Assembly: GCA_963924565.1 (NCBI GenBank)
Contig: OZ004607.1
Coordinates: 25,110,001 to 25,174,000, forward strand
DNA: 64,000 nt
Reading direction: 5' to 3'
Source: Ascidiella aspersa
Taxonomy: Eukaryota
Numbering within the stretch: the first letter of the stretch is position 1; every line of letters begins with the position of its first letter. The position numbers and the translations under genes are program-made. The notes below the pieces were generated by a model, which made no database searches, was not told the origin of the DNA, and saw only the letters and a list, made by a program, of their open reading frames with translations. Below, in pieces: positions 52,001-61,400 of this stretch.

Positions 52001-54216
52001 GTGACTTAACTGCACAATAAAACCTATAGTTTCTACTCAAAATCATAAATCCTAATTATGCCGAAAGGTAAATTAAAATACCCACATAAAGTATAGGCCT
52101 ACAGTATATTTATCACCTACTTTAATTTGAAACAAAGCGCGACAAAGTACGCCACGTGACTCAATTTCATCTGATCACGTGGCCCGTCCACGAGCAATCC
52201 GACACAGCACAGGCCATCCTCCGATTTGTGCAGACTGTTCGTACCAATCGAAGCAACAAGTCATTCCCGGTGGTTGTAATGTGCAGGTAATAAAACTCGT
52301 ACAAACCTAAGCGTTTTTTTTTATTTTTTACAATTTTTTTTTGTACAGGTAGCAAAACTCGTACAAACCTAAGCGTTTTTTTTGATTTTTTACAAATTTG
52401 TTTTTGTGCAGGTAATAAAACTCGTACAAACCTAAGCGTTTGTTTTTTATTTTTTACAAATTTCCAACCGGCGGGTTCACTTCGTTTTCGAAAATATGAA
52501 CTATGCGCTTTATAGTTCTAGTAGATGCCCAGATTATGTAACAATATATATAGGCCTATATAGATAGCCTGTTTTGTTATGGGGTTGAAAACTATTCGTG
52601 CCGATTGAGTCGATTTGCGATTTTGTAACGTTTTTTTATTGATCAAGCTTAGCCTTCGCAAGTTTAAAACCAAATACCCCTTAGAGTTATCGGTTTAAGT
52701 TTTTAAAGTTTGGTATAGTTAATGTAATTGATGTTTGCAAGCAGTAGCGGTTCAGGACGATCGGGTGTTTTTATTGGATTGGATCGGATGCTGGAAAACT
52801 TGTCGATGACCCAACAAGTAGACGTGTTTGGCACTGTGGCTGCTCTCAGAAGATACAGGCCTTACATGGTGCAGACCCTTGTAAGTATTTTATAGATAAC
52901 GCAAGTTTACCTTTTACAAATATACTGCGTTAATATATATGGACTGCCATTCGTCGTTCAAGTAAATTTTAACAAGGTACAAACTGTCGATAACACGTAT
53001 CACAAGCGTTATTAATATTACAAAAAAATATGATTATATTTTCTGCGACATTTTATATTTACTAATTTACTTCTTATTGCCAGGGTGAGTATATTTTAAT
53101 GCATCGCTGTATTTGGGAAGCAATCAATCAAAAAGCCGTCGGTGGACCACAACTACGTCATACGCCTACAGGTACAGGTGTTTAAAAAGCTGTTTTTTAA
53201 ATGACGTTTTATTGCACTGCTGTAGCGACTTAAGCCATTTCTATATTCGGGTTAATATAAATCCTAGTCTGCCCTTAAGAAAATCAACCACCACAAATTT
53301 ACTACTTCAGAATATGTTGTGTTGTATGCTACTAATGAACGCTATTAATTATCAGTATCACCAAACAAGAGGTATTAATGTTAGCATAACACAAATCCAC
53401 TTATATTTTTATCAAATCATAACATGTTACTACAAGACCACGAATCAAATGACTTGCATTTTTACCATCATATCATGCTCAATTTATAGCCTAAAATCAA
53501 TGTTTTCATCACGCCCAAACACGCGAAACCAACACGAGAACGATTACGAACTCTGTTTTGACATAATGCGCCATTACTTACCAGTACTAACAATCAAAAA
53601 AAATACATCGTGACAAAAAAACCTGATCAATGTAATATGCAAAAAATTAAAATCGTTAGAGAGCAAATTCGAAATGCAAGAACACTTTAGAATTATCACC
53701 GTCCTAAAATCTATTTAACAATGCGTAAATAATTCCTAATGAAAATTAAGAACTTTGAGATTTGGGCTAATGGCAATTAACCAATTTGTGTGTTTACTGT
53801 GTTACTGTATAAACACGTAACAACTGCTAATTTAAAAAAAAAAACTTTTTTGTAAAACATTTAAGTTTTCAAATAAAAACTAACGTTGTTGCTTGATTTG
53901 TAATTTCACATGTGAAAACGGTTTGGGTAACGGAACGTAGTAGTTCTGTAAAAGTTATTCAGTCGAAAAATGCCCAAGGCCAAGTACAATTAAAATTTTC
54001 AAACAACAAAAATAAAGCACTTTTACCAAAAAATTAAAAAAAGCGATTTAAATTAGTCCTATACTAGCATAAGACATTTGTGTATATAGTTAATGTAAAA
54101 AAACATAAATATTGAACTGCGGTTACTCAAATTCGTTTAATTAGATAGACCTGTTGCTGTTTATTTAAATTTGTTCTTGTTTTTAAGGAGATGGGATGGA
54201 AGAAACTGTATTTTAG
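16032..54216 (+). CDS. PTPRQ: Receptor-type protein tyrosine/phosphoinositide phosphatase, R3 subtype, PTPRQ-like, with N-terminal FN3 and C-type lectin extension
   Basis: Signal-peptide exon 16032-16094 (MITFLVAWMVCIIIGGPYTST); FN3 16668-16995; C-type lectin 17427-18202; about 28 further FN3 repeats with W.PP..PNG.I..Y and L.PYT.Y motifs (18471-44793); juxtamembrane FCNGPLK exon 48275-48395; TM exon 48860-49030; single PTP domain (KNRH, DHSRVKL, DYINAS, IAAQTP, DFWRMVWE, WPV, VMCSSGSGRSG, VQTL); last exon 54188-54216 ending GDGMEETVF*. The FN3 run starting at 26831, the insert in its second repeat and the EETxx tail resemble vertebrate PTPRQ (recalled from memory, not aligned). Confidence 0.88.
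17427..18202 (+). other. C-type lectin-like domain exons of the RPTP (17427-17635, 18010-18202)
   Basis: CPQGW...SCF...W..A...C....AYLA......EN.FL.......YWIGV...WT...C......W....C....YICQ. Confidence 0.88.
21677..22115. mobile_element. hAT (Charlie-like) MITE
   Basis: TIRs CAGGGATGTCCAACC / GGTTGGTCATCCCTG, GCGGCCC subterminal repeats, and a perfect 8-bp TSD GTTTAAAC (21669-21676, 22116-22123). Confidence 0.9.
22690..22830. repeat. TATTCCGA-motif interspersed repeat fragment (second copy at about 48525-48635)
   Basis: Both loci share GGTCCTATTCCGA and CGAACTGTGTTTTATTCC. Confidence 0.55.
39891..41029 (-). CDS. Ly6/uPAR (three-finger) domain protein, probably GPI-anchored, 244 aa, nested antisense in a PTPRQ intron
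   Basis: Exons 41029-40957 (signal peptide MEKIVFMLFLVTLFTAVVKA), 40740-40496 (...QCYACSGMECAKP...QCDLGDVCW) and 40307-39891 (...FRGCG...SC...YC...QCKSCCSFDFCN...hydrophobic tail FVAVIWWMTFVISFPPLIC*). Phases are consistent, with 12 Cys and the CCxxDxCN signature. Confidence 0.88.
41883..42120 (-). promoter_or_regulatory. Candidate non-coding first exon and promoter/enhancer of the nested Ly6 gene
   Basis: GC-richer island with a minus-strand donor GTGAGT at 41882-41877, a TATA-like TTAAAT near 42026-42031, clustered homeodomain sites (TAATTA, TAATGA, TAATTG) and E-boxes (CAGCTG, CACGTG). Confidence 0.35.
45442..47155. mobile_element. 1.7-kb non-autonomous hAT element with nested MITE(s)
   Basis: TIRs CAGTGGTTCTCAAAG / CTTTGAGAACCACTG and a perfect 8-bp TSD ATCTAGGC (45434-45441, 47156-47163). 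Confidence 0.9.
46356..46981. mobile_element. Nested MITE with CAGTGGCGTA-type termini
   Basis: Imperfect TIRs CAGTGGCGTA ... TACGCGCCTG with G/C-run subterminal blocks. No clear TSD. Confidence 0.45.
48860..49030 (+). other. Transmembrane exon of the RPTP
   Basis: FTLIVSIAAALGAFIVILVISICLI followed by the RRRMQKNKK stop-transfer sequence. Confidence 0.88.
49494..49872. mobile_element. hAT-type MITE (GGGGTCC family), copy 1
   Basis: CAGGG...CCCTG ends and GGGGTCC repeats. Collinear with the copy at 63257-63569 (shared CAAATTGAAATATTAGT, GAGTTTAATTAAAA, GCACTGAATGTAT). Confidence 0.75.
50700..53171 (+). other. PTP catalytic domain exons of the RPTP
   Basis: Exons ending 50808, then 51154-51230, 51369-51503, 51845-51964, 52138-52286, 52745-52880 and 53084-53171, carrying the PTP motifs in order. 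Confidence 0.88.
52280..52463 (+). repeat. Three-copy tandem repeat of about 62 bp that duplicates the exon end and splice donor
   Basis: Unit TGTGCAGGTAATAAAACTCGTACAAACCTAAGCG followed by a T-rich tract, repeated three times. Confidence 0.9.
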
Positions 54217-54505
54217 TTGAGTTGCAATACGCCGTTCGGTCAAGCTGTACTGTACCTTTCAATAGTTTCTAAGGTTCATGAAATGCTATTTTGCTCTGAT
54301 ACTTTACATGTTTTACCTAATTTTTGCAATTTTGATAACTTGTGCCTCTCAGGATCTTTGTATACGTTACGAAATTTTATACCAAAAAACATCACCGATC
54401 AGATCGATTTACAAGAGGCTAATTTTGATTTATTTTAGTATCGCCTTGTTGTACTAATGTTTTATTGAAATGCGATTTGTATTGTATAATAATAATTTCT
54501 GTGTA

Positions 54506-54511
54506 AATAAA
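54506..54511 (+). terminator. Candidate polyadenylation signal of the PTPRQ-like gene
   Basis: AATAAA about 290 nt after the TAG at 54216, followed by T-rich sequence. Confidence 0.45.
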
Positions 54512-56088
54512 TGTTTTTAGTTTTTTAAACCAATACCGCCTTTTGGTGTGTACATATAGACCATGCCTATACCGCACGTTGTTTTGAAGCTAGGATACAG
54601 TTTTAACAAAAGTACTGAAGATCATAAAATATTTTCAGATTATCTAATGCTTGTACAATGTAAGATAATAAAGTAATATTTTAGCGTTTCGCTTCTCATA
54701 GCCGTGGTTCTCAAACTGTGACGATTTTTAGGAAGTACGCAAGCAGCTTTTAAGGTATTAGGATTAGTGTAAATTTGATAACTATTGCGGCTTACATAAG
54801 TTAAGCCTACATTCTCTCTTTGCAATATTAAATCGATGTGTTTCAATTTTTGCGACTGTTGTAAACCGCAGGTAAACTAAAGAATTAGGAGCGATTAGTG
54901 TTACCAATTAGACCAAGTTTCTCTTTTAGTTAATTGTCTCCCATTCATATTAATGTCCCATCGACCTAGCTATTGCTTTATCCCACCAATTATACGTAAC
55001 CAAATGAATCGATATCTATATGTAATAGGTGTTGCTTTTTGTGGAATGCAGCTATACACTAATGACTTTTTGTCTATAAGTAAATTATAATTCCTATGAA
55101 TAATTTTAAGGTGCCACGTCTCGTCTTAAAATAAAAGTCAATTTCAACCAACTAAAAGCAATTTTTTTTCGCACTTTGAATGATTTAGCCTTCATTTTGT
55201 TGGAGCTACAATTTGCGCGAGAATTTGCTCGAAACACGACATGGTTTCGTATAAACTTTAGGCAACATGATTCTCATAAAATGGAAAACAGCCTATTTTA
55301 AAAATTGGGTAAAAAACAATATAACCACAGACAAAGAGGAAAAAGATATATTTTGCAAAAAAGAAAGGAAAAATATCCGCTCTAGTAAAGAATAAAGGTA
55401 AAAACCTCTCCTCCAAATACAGTGTTTCAGAAATTGCGCTTTGTGGAATAATTCTTTAATGCAAGCTTTTGCGTAATTCATATTACAAAACTATTGGGTT
55501 TCAAACCTCATAATGGGCGTCTATACTTAACATCAATATAAGTGGGTGCTCTTACAAAAAGGTAATAGGGTAACTGAAATTCGTATTGGATATCAGCGAT
55601 TCTTTTTGTATTTATCACGTAAAGCGCTCCTCGTTTTCTAAATTATATTATTTAGTAAAACAACGTGAAAGTCTGATATTAACATACAAACGTAGAATTT
55701 CAGCCTAGGGCCCGTCTAAAAGTACTTCAGACTGAAAAGTTAAGTTGATCAGAAGGCACAAACTATAAACTCATTGCTATTAGGCTGCGTGGCAGAATAC
55801 ATTGTCATAATAATCTGGTCAAATAACTCAGTAAGATAACAATTAAAAGAGTGAATGCTTTCAACCACATTGAAAGTGTCTGAATTGATAAAAACATTCC
55901 AAGAAACTAATATAAGAAAAATTATAAGCATATATCTAAACAAAAAGAACGTTTCTTAGAAACAAGCACGAAAGGGTAACCCTGATTAATCAAAACGTCA
56001 ATTTAATTTTCGTAAGATCACGCAATACAAAAGCAAGTTCCCACTGATTAAAATAGAAGCAATATAACGAAAAAGTTATTACATCGTT

Positions 56089-56275
56089 GGCCTCATGCGG
56101 ACCTGGTGCGTGCCTTATGCGATCCTCATGTGGGCTTCATGCGGGCTTCGTGTGGGCCTCATGCAGACCTTATGGAAGCGTCATGCGAGCCTCATGCGGG
56201 CTTATTCGGGCCTTATGCAGGCCTCATGCGAGCACTATGCAGGCCTTGTGCAAGCCTCATGGGGACCCCATGCTG
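56089..56275. repeat. 11-bp minisatellite (GGCCTCATGCG consensus, about 17 degenerate copies)
   Basis: Periodic ggcctcatgcg / agcctcatgcg / ggccttatgca units in a GC-rich intergenic island. Confidence 0.85.
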
Positions 56276-58440
56276 TCCATGCGAGACGCATTTAATGGCT
56301 GTGCGTGTTGTAAGCTTTATATATTACTTGGCCTACTTGATGAAATACCCAGAGTTGCCCAGGTTAAATCCAATGTTTCTAACCGGCTATGTAAATTAAT
56401 TACACCTGTAATACGCGCGATAATTTGCGAAATCAACCTAAAATTTTCGTTTAAACAAAATAGAAAAATCCAATATGCTGTGGGCTCTACATCACAATTG
56501 CATCTACGTTATTCACAGGTAGTTCAAAAAAGGAGGAATCGCAAACGGCTTTCAACATATATCGCCCTTAAAGTTGCACTACATAGCGAAACACGTTTGG
56601 TAAATAACAAAAAATCTTAATTCTGGAGTGAGTTTTCTAGTTATAAGCCTTAAAAGACTAACAAACTAAGCGCAAATTTACTGTTTACGCTTTATGATTT
56701 TACAATGTCTGGAAAACACTGAGCATAAAAGTTTTAACTTCGCGAAAACGACAACTATAATTTAATTTTTACGATCACAAAACTGCTGCGTCCAACGTCT
56801 AATCAACTCGCCTGGTATAAATGAGGGTTTAACTAAATGCTTGTGTGGAAGCGGCATTCAACTGTTCGGCGTACTATGAAAGTTTAGACATGTTACAGCC
56901 GATGATTTAAAAAAGATTGTAGCAATTTGTCATGCAACCAAAGTGCAATGTTGTGTGATGTTTTTAAAATGGTACGACCAACAATTCCTGCCAGTTTTCA
57001 GCACAAAACATAAGACGTAACGTAATATTTGTTGTTTACGTATATACACATAACTTACTGGTCATATGGAAATAAAGGTAACCCACTGCTTGTACAAAAA
57101 GCTGTAGAAGAATCGCAAAAATCATGCTCAAACAGATATTTGAAAACACATATCACATGGTGCGCCGCACAGTAGACCGGGCGCATTTAAGCTGGTGAGG
57201 CTATTTATTGGCTGTAATTCAGTTTACAAACATTACGATATATTAGGAAAACATCACTTTGTATAGAATTTTTTCCCACGTGCACCTATAATCGAGGGTT
57301 GGCCAACTATAGTCAGCGACCAAGAACCACAATTTTGCTTTGTTAACCGCAAAGAACCACACATTATACATAGTCAGAAATGAATGTAAAAACTTCGTTT
57401 CTTGTGCACAAATTCTGTATCTTTGCACAATCTTTTTTTTTTTGTAATTGTTGCCTACCAATATAAAACTGAAAAACTTACGAGACATCATTTGTGGGCG
57501 CTCCATCAATTTTGTACGTAAAAAGTACAGTTTCCAAATTATGCTGTCTTTAATATTGCGAACGCTGTGGGTAATTCAGCATAGCATTTTTTCATTTTTA
57601 AAATATCCTAAATGCTCCCCAGATAAAATTATGCAAAACGTTAAATAAATTTAGCAAGATAATTATTGTTTCAAATGAAAAAATAAAGTTACACATTGCG
57701 GGGCACCAAATAACAAGTTCCATGGTACTACTTCAAGCTTATTAAACTTATTTTCTGCGTACTCGCAGAATTTTTGCACGGCGCGAAACCTGGCGAAAGG
57801 TTCAACTACCCCTCTTGTAAAATAAATTTGCCGCTAGATGACAGCACATTCGTGAGGTGACCTAAGCCAGTCGGGGGTGGTACCCCTCTCTATTAAGAAA
57901 AAGGCATCTTTGTGTTGCCTTTTCGTTTAATTTAATATCATAGCAACTCTATAATTGAAAGTTTTAAATACTCGAAGCACTTCACAATTATTGTAAAATA
58001 CAATTATACTTGCTTATTCGTGTTATTTTAGGCGATTAAGCAAAAGTTTTTGTTTCGTTTTACGTAAAATCGCAATTTGGATAATGTTTTTTGACCATTT
58101 TATAAAAATATAAATATATAAATAGTTTTACACTAAAAGGCCCCATGTCAGACAAGTCTAAGCAACCATTAAACGTTTTCTATGAAATACCAACCTCTTA
58201 TAACAGGATACACAGTGCACGCGCAATCAGGCAAGCACATACACTCGCACACAAACGCTGTCCAAGTATAGGCTGGGTATGTTTACACTTAGTTAAGACT
58301 GGGTCGAGACCGTTCATGCACGCCAAGTGGCAGTGCAAACTACAGAAATAGAGCGTTTGTAAAGACTATTTTTACACGTATGGTGTTCCTTGGTAGTTTT
58401 CGTGCTTTACATCTAGAGTGAATTATTATAAAAAGAGACA

Positions 58441-61400
58441 ATGACAGAAACATCGACAACAGTAAATAAAGCAGAAACTTGTAATGTGTCGGTATTGGAG
58501 AAGAAAAATTTCTTCAAAGGTTCAAGGTTGCAAGTTCTGTCAGTTGCCTTGTCGTACATCATGAGTGCCTTCGTTCTGTTCAGTCCTGTTCTTACTGATA
58601 TAACGCCAAAACACCACTGTCTAGTCAGCAAACAAGTAATGTGAAGTAATCAGTATGCATTTGTATATATTATTTAGTAGCAACCGTTACCTGTTTAATA
58701 GGAACAACTTGATGACTACTTTTCGCACAACGACACCATTCCTAACCGGGAGTGCAAAGTTGTTTTAAACAGGTTAGAATACAACTGTGCAGCCTGTACT
58801 TTACAGTAGGCTATTTGCGATGTCAAACTAACGGTATGTTTTATTATTAGTAATCAGACCAGCAATGCGTCTGGGGATAGTGTCCAAAGCGTGTTCTGTT
58901 CTCGGTGGACATACGACCAAAGCTATGGCAACACTTTTGTTAGCGAGGTAATGTTGCGTTAATGATTGGGCATGTGCTGGGTAGGGGCGGCATGTGGCAC
59001 GTGGCCATGCCGCCCCAAAACTGATTTTTTGCCTATTTTAACTGCGCAAACGCTCCGCGTGAATATCGATTAGGTTTATAGTATGTCTTATCCTATTATG
59101 ATAAAATCGTTTAGCCCTAAAAATGTTGCGCAATGCGTCTTATCCAACTCTATAAAATACATGTTTTGCAACTTAAACGGTATAAAGGCGTTTTTCGCTT
59201 TGTGCTAATCAAACCACCTCTGTAATAGATTTTATAAGATGAATACTTTTTTAACGAGCTAAACAAACTGTGTGGTGTTCTTAAGGTTCGTTAATGACGC
59301 CACGCTTTAAAGTAACTTCGTGACGTCATTAAATATATATTTTCATGGCCTCCTCCCTTCTTTTTCTCGTTAATTTATATAGTTAGTCCGGCTAACTTGG
59401 AAAAGGTGTCATTTGTTTCGGCTTGCTTTAATTTTTCAGACTAAAGCCTCGTTACATTTTACAAAAATTAAACGCCCAACGCGTTATATATGCAAAAATG
59501 AATCTAAAAATTGAATGTATAATTTGTTGTTTTAGTTCAATTTAGTTTGTGAAAACTCTTGGAAGAAACCACTATTTCAATTTGTCTTTTTGTTGGGCCA
59601 TACAATTGGCAATATAATAAGCGGACCAATAACGGACAGGTAGGCCTAAACATCACCTTCCTTTTAAAATAGTTTGTCTTCTGAAGTTTTATTTGTTTCA
59701 AACGAGCAAAAGGTAAACAACCTTCAATCTTTAGGTTTGGGCGAAAAATGGTCTTTTCCATTTCGCTATTGACAAGTACCCTAGCCAGAGGATTACTGTC
59801 ATTCGTCGAATCGTACAGTGCAGGTGCCGTGCTTCAATTTATAACCGGCGTTGGTCACACTACCCACTTCTTCACGGGATATATCCTCGGTAAGTGAACA
59901 GCAATAGTCCTGTTTCACAAAGAGATCGGAAGGGTGCGACTATACTTGATATTCATTTAAGCTGCCATAATAAATTTGAGTAAAACAAAATAATTTAACT
60001 TATTTTCGAAGTTCTATAGTGACCCTAGAAGTATGCCTTGAATCACGTACACGAGCCCAAAAGAACCGCCTTGGTTAAAGGCAGTTTTGCGATACAGTAA
60101 GGGCACTAGCATGATTGGACCTTCAACTTAAAAAGCTCACATTGACTTTATTCAAATTATGTTTTTACGTTAGATATTTATCTCACTGTAGTGCTTTTAT
60201 TAAATTTTGTTCATGCGTGAATCCTGAAACCCTTTAAGTTTTTAAATTTATTAATTTTGTGAATTAGTATTTTAACCGTGGGTTAAAAATTAGGTTTTTA
60301 AAGACTACGGAAGTAGACTGGAGAAAGTAGGTTAGCAACCCTTCGTTAACAAATAGGATGCATGTAATACATAAGGGGTCACCAAACCTTTCGTATAATG
60401 GGCCAAATACAAAATTTCAATTTTAAACCGGTCCGCAGTACAAAAAAGATTGCCTAACCCTGCCTTAAGTAATTGTCGTTCAGTTTGAAATTTAATTAAA
60501 GATATTCTAAGCACAAATTTTTGAGCAGGAAACTTTTCTATTCTTTCGTTCAAAGCTTTAAAAATACAGTATTTTTCTTGAAACGATCATTGCCCCTTTT
60601 TTCAGCACAGGAATTGGCAAAGACACAAGACAGGATTATGTCGGCCTTGGAAGTGTATATGATGTTCGGTGCTGGATATTTACTTATTGTACCTTGTGCA
60701 TATCTTACCAAGGACTGGAGGTGGATCGTAAGGATCCCAATGATAATGACAGCGTTCTACATTCCAATTCTTTGGTACGTTCGATTGTTAGGAGACAAAT
60801 TAGTAATACGTGATCTTGCAGCAGGTCTACATTAAAGCCTACTAAGCTGGAATAACATTTAACTAAAAAGCAACATCTTGCCGTTTAAAAGAATAACGCT
60901 CAATAGCGATTAAACAGAATTAATATTCTAAACGCGAAATACCGTTTTGTTGTTTTCAAACCGAACCTTGTATTACGTTCTGTTTGCAACATCGAACTGG
61001 GTAAAATTTTAATTAGATTTTTTTAATGTGTTTTTTCGACAGGTTTATACCGGAATCTCCGAAGTGGAAGGCAGAAGTACGAAAAGCACAAAACAATAGT
61101 ACTTCACCTAAATTGGGGAACGATAAGGAACTGGAAATTATTTTCGAACCGTCGGTGAGAAACGTTCTGCATTGTATATAGTTGACGCTTTATTTCAAGC
61201 ACTGTTTTATGCATAGAGTAAATTGAAAAAAGAGTGCCACACCACTGAACAACCCAATCGGATCAGGGCAACCTTACTGTTTCGGAACTCCGCATTAAGG
61301 ACTCGTTTACTTGTCCTTTTCTTTTTGTGGTAAATATGACGGTTACTGAGGTGACAGCATTGGGGACTGCCATCTTTAATGACGTAGCATCTCTAGTTGT

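Noticed and set aside
52280-52463. CRISPR-like array
   Set aside because: Contiguous tandem units with no unique spacers, no cas genes, and located in a eukaryotic intron.
53113-53613. 166-aa ORF
   Set aside because: Out of frame with the PTP exon and running through AT-rich intron, with no recognisable protein features.
56087-56620. 177-aa, 97-aa and 66-aa ORFs
   Set aside because: Artefacts of the stop-free 11-bp repeat, with no domain or splice support.
57830-57847. CTCF-like motif GCCGCTAGATGACAGCAC
   Set aside because: A single site with a core mismatch cannot be distinguished from chance without ChIP data.
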